In this document: in pieces, positions 13,026-26,600 of the stretch
Layout: every line of letters begins with the position of its first letter
How positions within the stretch are numbered: the first letter of the stretch is position 1
Source of the DNA: Podarcis tiliguerta
Lineage: Eukaryota
NCBI GenBank assembly: GCA_965153285.1
Contig: OZ229115.1
Direction: 5' to 3' (one strand)
DNA: 64,000 nt
Notes under the pieces: model-generated
What the model saw: only the letters and a program-made list of their open reading frames with translations
The model's database searches: none
Told to the model about the DNA's origin: nothing
Made by a program: the position numbers and the translations under genes

Positions 13026-14740
13026 AGATCACTCATTGCACAGTAGAAGAGCTAAGGGCTTGGGGAGAGTGTGTGTGGGGGGGGGAGATGGTCATTAGAT
13101 TAAATGCAACACCAGGCATGCGGTGGAAGCTCTATGAAGACCAAGCTCTATCAGTCACAGCTCGCAAAACCTCCACTTGTTTACGGAGGAGCAGCCAGTG
13201 AAGAAGGGGCATGACTAAGACTGTATCACAAGTCTGTGGCAGAGAACAGATTGAATACCCAGTCTTCTGAAATTTAGCCCAGTGAAATTGAGAAATAATC
13301 AGCTAGGATTGAGCCAAGTATTATTTCAATACATATCTACTTGTCTAAGTAAATGAAAAGATCACACTGAAAGACAACAGAGAAAGAGGCAGACAAGAGA
13401 AGGAGGAATTTGCTCACAGGCAGGTTCAGGAGCAGGTGCAAGTATGATGAAACGACATCCCTCGAGACACACCAGGGCTGCCTCTCAGGCCATGTAGAGT
13501 TTGAGGGTATGCAGGGAGGCCAGACTCTCCGCATGCATAAATGTCAATAAGTAATGTAACATGATGAGGATTATGTGCCAACAACTGCAAAAAGGGCATA
13601 TCTTGCAGGATGTTAAAGGATAAAGTTCACCTCTGGAACAGCCTTCAATTTTTTCACTGCTACAGCAGAGCCATTCTTGTCTCTCTTTAACCTGAGAGCC
13701 AAAGGGACGTTAGGCCAGAGCTTTCTATTTTTCGTCATCTACTACTGAATTATTTCAAGAAAGGCACCCCATTCAATTTTTTTGTCATCCCAGTCTAGGA
13801 GACTGGATGGAAATATGGCTTACATGTTCATAATATTCATAGTTAACAAGGGAACATGGAACAGGAACCAAAGGTTTATTCTGGGACATGAGCACACAGC
13901 TTTTGTGGGGGGCGGGGCTGAAACCCCTGCACCACCACTTTGCCTTATAGAAAACAGGCAGTTTTAGTGCTGCATGAAAAGGTCTTATGGTGGGTGTGGG
14001 AATGGGAGAAACCAAGTCACATTATTTAATTAATTACTGTAGGATAGCTAATTTCATTAATAGTGATGAAAAATGAAATAGCTTTGCAAAATGCACTTGA
14101 ATGTCTGGTGCCCCTAAGATGGTGTGAGAGCAAAGGAAGCACAAGAGAGAGATGCACACCAGTAGAGCAGAGCAATTCCCAAGGGAAGTTCTGCCTCATT
14201 CAGGCTTAGAAAGACAAAACAACCCTCCAAGGTCATGAAGGTAAGAGGTAAGGATTAATCTGATTCTTTGGGCCTTGGCTATTAGCTTAGAGGGCTTGTC
14301 TGTATGGATTGCTCTAGCTTCCTCTCTACCTCCAGAAAAAAAAGTGAAGAGGAATACCTTTTTATAAAGCTTCTCAACAGTTCTGACTTACACCTCTATT
14401 CAGATTGCTGTTGTCCTTATTCTCACTGTCTTCTGGCTCTCCTTTACCCCTTTTTCTTCCTATCTTACTTGAGAAAGACACCCTAGCTATATCCTGAATT
14501 TGTACTTATCTTCTCCTTGGACCACCATTAAGGTTGCTCCAAATACTGTTTTCCCCAGGGTCTTACGATCACTTTACATTACACTGATGTTTCACCATAC
14601 AGTCCAACAGCTTGTTTCCAATGGCTGAGACAATGGATTTAAATGTTCATGCCAGAGAAACATATTTATAGTATCAACTGCTTAGATCACCATTTCCATC
14701 CCATTGCCACAGTGAGTTCCAAGATGATGATTCCATAGCC

Positions 14741-14844
14741 GGTGGAGTCAACTAACTTCTACTCAGAGTAGACCCATTGAGATAAATGACCATGACTTAA
14801 CCTAAGTGGGGTCTACGCTGAGTAAAAGTTAGTTGAATACAGCC
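14741..14844. mobile_element. Palindromic MITE
   Basis: caactaacttctactcagagtagaccc ... gggtctacgctgagtaaaagttagttg: 27-bp inverted repeat with 2 mismatches. Confidence 0.75.
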
Positions 14845-15132
14845 TTGTGTATAGAATTTAGAAGGATATCTTGTTAATATTATCTCTCATCCCAATATTT
14901 CATAGATCCCCTTGGGAAATGCTGTGGCACCAAGTCTGGAAGCAGATACAGATTGCAGTTCCTGTTCTTGCATGGTCTGTATTGGCCCTAGATGTGAACC
15001 ATACACAGTTTGGGCCTTATTCCTTTCTGAGTTTTAGCCAAGTCTTTGGTTATGTTCTTTCTCAACCATCCCACCAAGAACTAACAGAGATAATTACTAA
15101 AGTCCTGTATATTTGCTGGGCACTTACAACTA

Positions 15133-15355
15133 CAGTGGTACCTCGGGTTACAGATGCTTAAGGTTACAGACTCCGCTAACCTAGAAATAGTACCTTGGGT
15201 TAAGAACTTTGCTTCAGGATGAGAACAGAAATTGTGCGCTGGCAGCGTGGCGGCAGCAGGAGGCCCCATTAGCTAAAGTGGTACCTCAGGTTAACAGTTT
15301 CAGGTTAAGAACGGACCTCCAGAACGAATTAAGTTCTTAACCCGAGGTACTGCTG
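15133..15355. mobile_element. Tc1/mariner (Tigger/pogo-like) MITE, copy 1
   Basis: TA|cagtggtacctcgggtta ... taacccgaggtactgctg|TA. TIRs and TA TSD. Highly similar to 47810-48036. Confidence 0.9.
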
Positions 15356-15499
15356 TACTTAGAAAGGTATCAACAAATGAATGGCAAAAGTCTGGCCCCT
15401 GGGAAGACATTCTCCACTACAGAGACACCAGTAAATAATGCACAATTTTCTGAGGCTGGCCAAACTCCCAAATACCCCAGCTTTTGTGAGGCCAGGAAT

Positions 15500-15965
15500 A
15501 ACTTCACTTTGCATTCTGAATGCGAGCCAATCATTCCACTTTCCTCAAAGGGCCCCGGTGGGACAAGGGCCCAGTCTCAGCGGAGAGAGGTGGTGAGTCT
15601 GTGCTCTATGAGCAGGAATCGGTTCCAATTAATCCCCTCTCAGCTTGGCCTGCCCGCTTCATTACCTCCCCTTGATGAGAACCATCAGTGGGGCCTGTAT
15701 GATTTTGCTAATTAGCCTCACTTCGTTTATCATTTCCATTTTCTCTCAGCGACGCACGGCTTGCTGGGCGACAGCTTCATCTCCTGCTGAAACAATGCGG
15801 CCCCTTCTGTGCCTGTCTCACTTAGCGCTGTCACTGCAGCCATTATGAAATTGGGGTTTCATTTACACACTAATTAAACATTACAGCTTGTTCACAATTA
15901 CAACACGGGGATGAGGAGGTAACTAATTACTTAAGAAATGAGCTAACATTTATCTCCAATTCTCT
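15500..15965. promoter_or_regulatory. Candidate conserved non-coding element / enhancer
   Basis: CpG retention plus palindromic homeodomain sites (ccaattaatcc, gctaattagc, actaattaaac, aactaattac) and a SOX-like aacaatg. Confidence 0.45.
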
Positions 15966-17310
15966 TCTTTATCCATCTCCCCTCCCCACTCCCTCTGCAA
16001 TCAAGATTAGATTGTTGTTCAACAGAGATGGTGCTGGAGGCCCTTGGTAGCCTCAACCCGTGCAGCCCCCCTTCTGAGTACACTTTGCGGGGTTCGGTTG
16101 TAGGACAATAAATCAGTCCCTAATTGCTTCTAAGGTTGCAGGGGACCACCAGAGTCACTAACACACCAGACAAAGGCTGAGGAAGCAAGCACCTTGGCAC
16201 TCGCCCTAAGTATTGTTAGGGAGGGCGGTTGAGTTGATGCATGTGTCTCCCCCACCCCACCTCAGGTAATAATAAGAAAAATACACGGGGACCAGCATTT
16301 TTCATCTGGGGAAAACAGACTAATTCATTGCTAATTTACCTCTGAAAAAGGCCTCTGACCCCTATTCTTAATCACTGCTTTGCATCAGGCACTGCTCTAG
16401 GTGTTCGTGATTATGCCCTGTCCTTCATTAAGCCAGTAGCCCAGCCCCACAATATTTACTGACTTGCTCCCCTCCAAGTGGTCACAGTCTCGGGCTCAAA
16501 TATGTGTTTGTATTTGTGCTGTTATAATCCAGAACCAGGCAGTACAAGCAATGAGGAAAATCAATGGTTCTTTTTATTTCCCCAGGGAGGCGTAGACGGG
16601 GAGTTAACTGCCACAACAGTTTGGGCTGGAGCCAACACCACTGTTCCCTTCTGATTTGGTCATTCCTGTCACATAGGGAGCCAAGCTAGTCTTCTTGCAC
16701 CGTTGCAACAGAGACTAAGCTGTTTGCCAAACAGTATTCACCCCCTTCCTACCCACAAAAAAATTACCTTACTGAGTAAAGCTAAGCTTTTGGTTTAACT
16801 TGCCTACTTACCTGTTTAAAATTAGTTTGCTTGTAACACTTTTTAAAAAAACACTGAAGTGCTTTAATGAAGTTTGGTGTGCATGTTCTAGATTTCAAGT
16901 TTTAAAACCAGCTCAGCCTCCATACCCATCCTCAAAGTGAGAGAGGGACAGGCAAAATATTATGGTATTTGCCTAAAAGGCAGAGACATCAGGAAGAATG
17001 TTGGTGTGCACGTTAGAACATTTTTTTAAAAAGGGATGCAGATTACAAAATATCTCGGTACATGATTATTTAAAGTAAGAACTCTAGAATGTTGACATTT
17101 ACTAATAATATTTCTGCTTTATTAGTATTATTTGTATTGCACAAATGTTCTTAAATGGAGCAATTAATACAGCTATTACCAAAAGGACTCTTGGCTCAAA
17201 ATCAGAACAAACTGCCAAAATGTGTGCTAATTGGTTTCATGCATCTCCCACTCTTCCTTTAGAACTAATTAGTTAAGAAATGAGCTAACTTTTATATCAA
17301 ATTCTGCTCC

Positions 17311-17477
17311 CCTTTGTTTTACCATGTTTGTCTCACAACCAACCCAGTGCGGTAGGCTATACTGAAAGATAGTGACTGTTCAAGGCTCTGCCAGTAAGCC
17401 ATGTGGAGCTTTTCTGAGTGGAGATTTAAACCTAAGTTTCCCACATACAAATCAATATTCTAGCCGCAACACCACAA
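17311..17477 (-). mobile_element. Degraded tRNA-derived (MIR-like) SINE
   Basis: ctcacaaccaacccagtgcggtaggct...ctgagtggagatttaaacc (reverse B box)...gcaacaccac. Same type as 52928-53165. Confidence 0.55.
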
Positions 17478-18267
17478 ATGTTTTTACACACTCTGTTTAC
17501 AGAGAAAAACAATTGTAGATGCACCATTCCTTCAAAAGCCAGGGATCCTAAGGCCTAGGGCAATATTGCAGGAAGGGTTGGATGGGCCAGGCCCAGAATA
17601 AAACCTTTTCCTTGAGATGGGTTTCCAGTCAGGCTATCAGAGCCGTTGCCAGCATTTATATATCCAAATAGGTGCAGGCATGACTGTGGTGCAATACGAG
17701 AGGCCAAGAAGGGAAGATGGCCCAGGGGTGGGGGTGGAGAAGGGGCACAGATGCAGCTAACTGGCTGGGTAGGCATGATGTCTGTCTATGTTCTCAACTA
17801 CAGGGGTCGAGATGGACCTTGCACACAGTCTGATGTGTTCAACTCAGTGACGGCCAACTCATCTTGAAGATACATTTTCTTCAGGGAGGAATTAACATTT
17901 ACAAATGAGACCTATTAGAGTAAATAAAGGCGATTGTCATTTGGCTCAGGAGGCAATGGAGACCATAGGCTTAGATACAAATCTGATTAGGGAGATGCGC
18001 CATTTGGAGGGGGAGGCAGCCTTTGGCATTGATTGGGTGTGCATGTGTATGTGTGTTATTTATTTATTGACTTGGACACAGGAGCATTGTGCATTTAGCC
18101 TAGGCAAAGCAGCAGAATGGCAGGGGACATGCTTATGAGGCAGATTTGGAATGGACTAGGCAGGCTGGTGAGGAATATTACCACAATTATCAGGTCAAAA
18201 TAATCTGGACATGGGGGCACGAAACTGAATGACACCGCTGAGACCAACAGTATACCTTCCTTTGCAA

Positions 18268-18547
18268 GGGTTGCGGGTGACTTTGTGGTCTAAACCACTG
18301 AGCCTCTGCAGCTTGCTGATCAGAAGGTCAGTGGTTTGAATCTGTGCGACTGGGTGAGCTCCTGTTGCTCCATCCCAGCTTCTGTCAACCTAGCAGTTTG
18401 AAAACACACCAGTGCAAGTGGATAAATAGGTATCACTTCATCAGCAAGGTGCCGGCTCCCTCGGCCTAAAAGCGAGATGAGCGCCACACCCCAAAGTCGC
18501 CTTTGACTGGACTTAACTGTACGGGGTCCTATACCTTTTTACCTTAC
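18268..18547 (+). mobile_element. Sauria SINE, internally deleted
   Basis: gggttgcgggtgactttgtggtctaaaccactgagcc...caacctagcagtttgaaaac...gtgcaagtggataaatagg, then a jump to gccggctccctcggcc, and a (ACCTTT)-like tail. Confidence 0.85.
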
Positions 18548-21142
18548 ATTACTTTTAAGCTAGCATACAAAAAAAAATCTGTTACTGAGTTGAGTGGTCT
18601 GATTAGAATGCAATAATGCCCTCATATACCATGTCATGCTGGGGTAAAAGACCATAAGCTCCAACAGATTTGATCGCAAAACCAGCAAGAAAGAGGAGAG
18701 GAAAGACAAATTAGGATTACCAAACTAAAGCACCAAATGCTGTTGCCTACAAACCCAACTGAAGAAGAAAAATGCCACCATACCTGAAAATGCTTCTTAA
18801 CTGTTTTGGCAACCTGAAGAGGATCTTTCCTAGTAAAGTACCAGAACAGTAGGGAGGCTGACCTGGAGCCAGTTCCAAACAAACTGAAATTGGGGGTGAG
18901 GTGCTACAACTTTTAATCCACGTTTCCCAGAAAGAAAGTCTGATTTATGCAAATAGAAATGTGGAGCTTCTTGAAAGAGAACCAGTACGTGACAAACCAA
19001 TCTCGTGAAGTAACTTGCTGCCTGTTTTTCTAGTGATACTCACCACATCATCACAAAACCACAAAGAAAGAAGATATGCACAAGGCCTGGTGAAACTGGA
19101 GTGGCAGAAGATTTCACACAGCTTGCCACACACAAGCATCACCCAGGTTCACCGCAGCCAGTGTTGCTTGTGTTAACTTTAAAAAATAAATGCCTGGACA
19201 TTATGAAGGTCCCCAATTGTTCCTTGGCTACATAATCCTGGAGTGTACCATGGACAGGGGTAGTTTTGGCTCTCACGAGAGAGCGCTTTAGGAATGCGTA
19301 AAATATATGGGCCTAGAAATAGTTAAAGAATGAACAGGGATGGGGCTCTGTGGACTTTAATAATAGTAACTCCTCATTCTCATAGTTTTTATCCTTCCTG
19401 TCTTTGGCCTACAAAAAAATTCTCAGCTAAACTACTGACACCGGCTGGGAGCTTAGAACTCCCAAATCAAACAGGGCCCTTGATTCTCCAGCACATAATT
19501 GTGCTGCCCTTTCACCCCCACCTTCAATCAGTGCCGTTTAACTATCTCGTTTAGCCTACGCGACCCACCCCTCTGCTAACTAGCAGCCATATTCTTCTCA
19601 TTAGGACAGAGGCTGCTCTTGCTTTACAGACAAGTAGAGACAAATCTGTAATGTCTCTCTCAACACAGTTATATATAGAAAGGGTTTGACGGGGGGGGGG
19701 GTCAGGCAATCATGGTCTCCCACAAAACAGCCCAGCTTGCATCTGTCTCAGCCTGAATAATAAACCAGAAAAATTACTGTATTTACCTTGCTCTTATTCC
19801 AGTAAATAAACATCAGGAAAGGGGATGGTGGTGGTGGTAGGGAGGTTCACTCACCACAGAGTATATCTTTATACAAAATGGATGCCCTTACTGTGGGACA
19901 AAATGTTTCCAAGGTAAAGAGACAAGCACTCTCACAAAGCCTTGGGTAGTCTTTGTTCATCAGGAGTACCTTTCTCCAGAACAAGAAAAATTACGACTTT
20001 TTGTTCAAGAGCAAACTGTACCTCTCTGCAGTAGTGCAGCTAGCAATGTTGGGGGAAGTTGGGTTAATTATTCATTCTGTGTACTCATCCTCTGCCTGAG
20101 AGGTTCACTTTTAAGCTTCTCAGTCTTATGGGTCACTCAGAATCCAGAAAAACCCAAGTATCACTATGCCAAACAAAATATCCCCAATCCTTCTGTAGTC
20201 TATTCCACCAAAGAAGCATCCATATGCTATTATGTAAACACACCTATTCTCTTATGTACCATTCCACTTGCTCTGTATTTGCTAATTGTAGCTGTCAACT
20301 ATCGGGCATAGAAAGCAGAAAGCTTCTCTTCAGCGCAGTGACCAGGACCTCTGACATGATAAATCAGCATCACCCAAGCCAAAGTATATCAACTGTTATG
20401 CTCCTGCTGTTCCAGAAATTTGTGGAAGCCCAACATGAAAATTTGAGAATGGAATACACCAATCTTCTGCAGACGGTATCTCAGTAACCATTCATTGGCC
20501 AATATCTATTACTTAGTTTTCAGGCCACAGGAAATGCAGGGCTTCCAGGTACCATCCAAACACCAGGCTTGAGATTTTACATTGTTGAAAGACAGAACCT
20601 CAAGTATAGCTTTGAGAGCTATTGAAATGAAATTATAGTAAGACAATGTTCGGCCTTTCCCATCCTATACTGACACCATGTTAAGGTACTTAACTGTATA
20701 AATAGATTTTCAGAAATACGTCAGTGGAAGAACTGGTTCATTTCCTTACTCCAATACATGTAGGTGTGTTTCTTTGGTAGAGACCTATCAGTAAATAATA
20801 TAATCTATCAATAGAAATAAAACCAGCAGCTGCCCCAAAGTGATGTAAGTTATATGAGACAAAGATGTAGATCAGTTAATTAGGTTTTCCTCCTTTTCTG
20901 ATGATGAGAACCCCAGCTTGAGGGGGGGGGGGTTACTTCTTCCTAAAAGCTGGTGGCCTACCACAGAACATGTATTTTGGGTGGTGACACCTATTCTTTG
21001 AACTCCACCTCCTAACACAGTGCAGCAGACTCGAGAACTTGCCCCTTTAAAACCTTCCTTTACAGGCCTGCTTTTTATTACAAGGGCTTGGGGTTTTTAT
21101 TTTTTTCATGCCTACTTCAAGTTTACCATGTTGTTCTTTTTA

Positions 21143-21298
21143 TTAAGAACACAAGAAGAGCTTGCTGGATCAGGCCAAGGGCCCATCTAGTCTGCCAACC
21201 TGTGCTCACAGTGGCCAACCAGATACCTATTGGAAGCCCACTTGCGCAGCAGCTGCAGTTTCCAGCAACTGGTAATTCAGAAATATACTGCTTCCAAA
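21143..21298 (-). mobile_element. CR1 3'-UTR/terminus fragment
   Basis: taagaacacaagaagagcttgctggatcaggccaagggcccatctagtc...cacagtggccaaccag, reverse of the lizard CR1 tail. Confidence 0.7.
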
Positions 21299-21500
21299 TT
21301 TTGTACTTTTTCTGCATTGTTAAAATTCTCTGAAGTATTAATTGTACCTCATTGTAGGGTTTATTTTTTTTTAAAAAAACACAAACATGTTGCAAAATAA
21401 CAAGTGAAAAGGTTGGGCTTTTTCTTAAATTGGGGCAGCCACTTGTTGCAGAAATGCATGGTTTTGGTCACATTACTAATATTCTATACTGATATATACC

Positions 21501-21675
21501 AGAAGCCATGTATTTGAGCTCGAAAGTTGGACAATCTTTCCCAGGCCTGCAAAAGAGCTCTGTGATGTTTTAAAGCTTGTCTCTTCTTCCAAGAAATGGT
21601 AGTCCAATAAGAGATTCTACTTGACCCACCTTGTCAGTCTCTTGCTTGCATCCTGGGACTAATACGGCTGTGATC
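21501..21675 (+). mobile_element. Old Penelope-like element terminal fragment
   Basis: gagctcgaaag...aagagctctgtg...aaagcttgtctct...gtccaataagaga...cccaccttgtc...tcctgggac..acggct resembles reptile Penelope 3' ends. Confidence 0.5.
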
Positions 21676-24600
21676 AGCTATTAAAAACATTCCAAGTTCA
21701 TTATCTTGCAAAGACCAGCCAGGACATGGGGCAGTGAGGCTTAAACCAATTAACAGAACACTTCAGTTTTTAAGCAAGAAGAAGCTGTGAGTCATGTCTT
21801 CAAGAGAGGGATGTCAATGCAACAGGAAGAAACATGTCACGGGTCACAGCAACTCTGAACAGAGGGGCCTGTTAGATCTTAACGATGGTTGGGAAAAGCT
21901 GGTCAACTTAGGTCACATAGTGCTGTTGCCAAGTCTGGGCTGTGCCACAGAATGCTTCCAAAGAAAGAAAACTTGAAGTTTTCAAGAGCAATATAGAAGT
22001 CAGCCAGATCTCCTAGAAAGCGGGAATCCTGCAAGCAGCACAGTGCAAAAGTGAATGATCAAGCTCCTCATATTATGGCAAAAATCTCATGTAGTCCCTA
22101 AACAAAATACCTGGTAAACGTATGCAGGAATTTCACCTCTGATGTTAAGGGGGGGGGGGAATCAAACAGATGAAAATAACAGAAATGGACAGAATAGGAC
22201 TAAACGAAAAAACCCTGGACTTAGTTTTAACTAGGCACACTTAGAACAGCTCTTTCTGTTAGGCTGACAGAAATAAATACATAAATGGATGGTTAAAAAG
22301 ATTATTTTGTCCTGACCATAAACACTTAAGAAGAAAGGGCCTCTTTCAGAAGCAAATGGTGTCAAAGGAAAAAAATTTATTCTAATTATATAATTAATAT
22401 TATCATACCACCCAGCTTCATATCTTGCTTCTGAGTGAAGTTACATAGAACCAGAAATCAAAGGCAAGGGAGGGCCTAGTAGGTATGCAGAACAAAAATA
22501 GGATGTGTTATGAATTCCAAAGACGAATTCCAATTTGAGAAGTATTTGGCATCTCTAATTATAAAAAAATCTCTGAGCCCAGTTTTTAAACTGCTCTCCT
22601 TTTCTCATCTCAAGCCAGGTAAGACAAGAGGAGAAGCTGGAGGTTCTTCTGAGCTTCAAAAATTCCAATAGATGAATGATTGAAAATTCAGTAATACACA
22701 CTAAATCAAAACACTCATAGGTAAACCCTGAAAGAGATAAAACATCACGGCAGAGACAATCAAGGGTGATCAATTTTGAATGAAACTATTTTTTGGCCTT
22801 AAAATCCAGAACATTTTGTGACGGCATCCACCTGTCTCCAGTTTGAAAGTCCTGATAACTAGTTCCAAACAGAGCAAACTAAACTTATGCCCATTTAGCA
22901 CAGTGGCAACGGTAAGTCAACATGCCATTATTAGCTGTCCATTAGTCAATTGGCTTTAGGTGGGAGAACTATGTTTAAAAGATCACGCTATACCTCACAC
23001 ATGCTGGGTAGCAAGACACCCCTTACTGTCCCCCTGTCCAAAGGGAAACTTCTTTAAAGGCCTATTTCAATCCTTGCCAACCCTTTTTTGCTAGAGGAAA
23101 AGGGGAGGGATAGTAGGAAGTTAAAGAGAATTGTCTTGCTACTCAAAGCCTTTAACAACTATTTTTAATATCAGGCTGAGGAGCTGGATTTTGAAATGAA
23201 ACAGCCAGTTCCCCTTTGATGCAGGAACTACAGATCTTGAAACAAGGTCCAATCCCTCCTCCTTCACTAACTAACAGCCATATTTCTCTCATTAAAAGGC
23301 AATCTGACTGTATTTCCAAACTTCTTAACAAGGCGATCACCGTAATTTGAGGTTTCTATTATCCCTGTCCTATTTCAGTTGGATCGAGAAGCAGTGTGCT
23401 CTTTGGGGGCTGGGGGGGGGGGTGCAGTTGCCTCTGTTCACCACCCTCTCAAACTGCTGCCAGTGATAATGATGACTTGTGAATATTGATTAAACAAGAC
23501 TACCGAGAGGGGGATGTTGGCTTTTTTTTGTTCTGGGTGGAAGCAGATAATAAGAAATAAAATATAAGCCAAATCAAAATGAAGTTTGTTTATCTCCCAT
23601 CTAGAGTTTGGTCTTATACCTCCTGGAGAATACAAATTAATCTGATGCACCCTTTCTCCTTCCTATCACTTCCAATCTCCCATCACCCTGTCCCCTTCCC
23701 AAACGCATAGAGCCAGAGCTCCAAAACACCTCCCTCTTTGGATCGTTCTCTGCCCGCCCAGCACCCTCACTCCTCTGAGCCAGCTCTGCCAGATGGATGC
23801 AATTTGCATAATATCACCAGCAGAGGCTGCAGGATCAACAGGGGTCAGGCTCTGACATCTCCAGCACAGTCTATCTCCGAGTGCTAATTTGGACTGCATT
23901 GATCTCTCTTTCTGATTTCTTTGTCATTTATGTCTGCAGCAGTTTGACAGGAGATATGGAGACAGGCAAGGTGGGGGGGAGAGAGGCAAGTGGGGGGAGG
24001 CAAGGAGAGAAACAAAGATTGTAGTTACAGATGTCTTTAAGGAAAGAAAAAGATTAAGCCAAGGACTCCGCTGAGGGTCGAAGCTCAGAGACATCCTAAT
24101 TACCTTGTTCTTAGGGATTCTTGTACAGACTTAGAGGGGGGTCTTGTCATGGAACTTGCAGGAAAGGAAACTTGTTAAATTGCAATGGAGTGCCTCCAGT
24201 TGGCTGCTATCCACACACCCCCATAGCCCACCCCCATGCCACACCTCTCAGTGGTTTCTCATTAGGTAAATGCCGGGCTGCTAAAAGCCAGAATCATCCA
24301 CCAGCACATCCTCACCTCCATACCTCTCCAGAATGTCTCATTAAAGACAAAAACAAGGCCGCTCCATAATGCAGCCAGGTGCCAGCTCAAAAAGCTGGCA
24401 ATGAGCAATCTCCCTGCCACACACCCACGGTTTGGAATGTAATGGGGAAAGTCCAGCCCCTCTCCCCAGCACCATCAGTGCCCAGCCACAATGCAGGACG
24501 CTTTCTGCTTTGATTATGTTTTCACATTGTTTTATGCATTTAATATTCAACTTTAATGCCAACCAACTTGAGGGCCTTTGATAGACAGAAAAGATGTGGG

Positions 24601-25859
24601 AGGGGCCAAGTATGCTATAAATACTCTCCTTCTTTAAGCAAAACTCTGTTAGATACACCTATTCAAAACATTCCATTTACACTCATTTTTATGCACTCTG
24701 CACAATCTTTTGCCTGCCCATTTCCCAAAGCATCAAGATTCAACATGTTGGTAGCTAGCCAGCATTTGAAGTAGGCCCTAATATCTCCTCTTCCCCAAGT
24801 CCCCTGTCTCTCTCACACAGAAGCCTTGGAAGAGGAATTCAGTCTCTCACCAGATACTAGGCTTGAACCCTTTCAGAAACAGCACTGGGAAATGTTTCTA
24901 TCCACTTGAATAAGTCTCCAGATCATGGTGCAAGCAAACTAAATCTCTTTACCTCTCTTTCCCCCAAGCTCTAAAGAAGATTGGAGAGGGAAGGGATCAT
25001 TCTAGCATCTTGCACAGGATTCACTTATGAGTGTCTCCCAGACCAGCATCAGCTATGGAGTCTGCACAACCTGCTTCCTGATTTGGATGAAGAGCTATTT
25101 TAGGAGGAGGAGGAGAAATATTAAAAATGAGTTTTTCCAAAGTCCCATGCTCTTTGTGTGCATGTGTGAAGCTGTACAAAACAGCTTCACAAACTCTGTT
25201 CCTAGCCTTTTCTAATGTACTGGCATCACCTCAGTCCTCAACTTCAGGGAAGGCAGGTACAGGATATGTGTTTGATGTGTTGCAGATCCAGCTTGTGAAA
25301 ATCCAGACACAGGCTAAGGATGACCCTCTCCTAACACTAGTCAGAGCCTGAGGTCCAGACATGAGTGAGCACATTTAGACAAGGTTGTTCCATGCCTTCA
25401 CCAAAATCCACTGTTTAATCCAGCTAACTGCTGGGGGGGGGGGTTCTTCTAAAAGGAGAAGCACTTGAATATGCATGTGTTTGTGTGGTTTAAGCAACAT
25501 ACACATGAATGAGTAAGTTTCTCTGCAGCATTCCTCCCCAATAGTTTTGAAGAAAGAAGCTGCACTAATGACTGCATGCAGCAAAAAACAAACAAACCCG
25601 TATGGTCTGGACTGTATCACTAGCAATCAAGCTAAAATGGCCACTGCAGCTCACTTGGCAGGGACTATCATAGATAGCCTACCCAAAATATTATGGGTCT
25701 ACCTTTGCCATTGCTGGGTGTGGAAAGTATGTTGCAGTGAATAGCAGAATGACATAGAAAGACAAGAAGTCAACACAAACACCCAATCATATTCTATCAT
25801 CCCACCCCCACCCCCCGGCAACCCACTTTCTTTGTTAACCATAGGAAACAGTTGAAAGG

Positions 25860-26600
25860 CCTTGAGTACTCCATTGTAACATGCATAGGAATAGAGCAGC
25901 AGTGATAAGAACATGCCCCCTGCCGCTGCCAGGAAAAAAGAAGCGCTGAATCTTTGCTAAAAAGGGCTGAACGCTGGCAAGAGTGTTCTGTCACTTTTGC
26001 GCACAGTAATCCACTGTGCCACTGAGTCCCATCAGAGGGATTTTGAAAACTTAAATGACTGAAAGCAAAAGAGCACCAGCTCAAGGTTCCCAGCCAGCCC
26101 AGACATCCTAATTAGCTTTACACACACTCCCACTCGGAGGGGAGAGAGCACACACACAAAAAGGACTGTCACTTTGCTTTTTTCTCTTTCTAAAAGCGTG
26201 TCTGCGCTTACTGGCTTTCCCACTGTGACACCTCTCACAGTAGTTAATTAGAATCATGTCACCACGTTAATGCGCTCTGACTGGACGCTGACAGACATTC
26301 GGCCTGTATCCTGCCCAAACCCCCTCCTCCCAGGCCAACTGTACCTACGCAAAGCACCTCTCTGCTTCCAAAAACCTCTCCTCACATCCTGGGCAGAAAG
26401 GGCCTTGTCTCGTCCACCCGCCTGCCAGCCCATACTCTCTCCTTGCCAGAAATATCTGCCATATTGCCTCACTCACGGAGCATCCGCTTCACCTGTTTTG
26501 AGCTTCCTGACCTTTAGCAGCACTAATTCAAAATGACACTGCTCATTTGATGACATTTCTGATGATTTTTATTTTAGTCTCTTTTAATTATTTAACTCTG
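25860..26600. promoter_or_regulatory. Candidate conserved non-coding block
   Basis: TE-free, retains CpGs, with cctaattagc, gttaattag, cgttaatgcgc and several TGACA (Meis/TALE) motifs. Confidence 0.35.

Noticed and set aside
14741-14844. Long hairpin as a possible pre-miRNA
   Set aside because: Better explained as a palindromic MITE; no recognisable mature miRNA.
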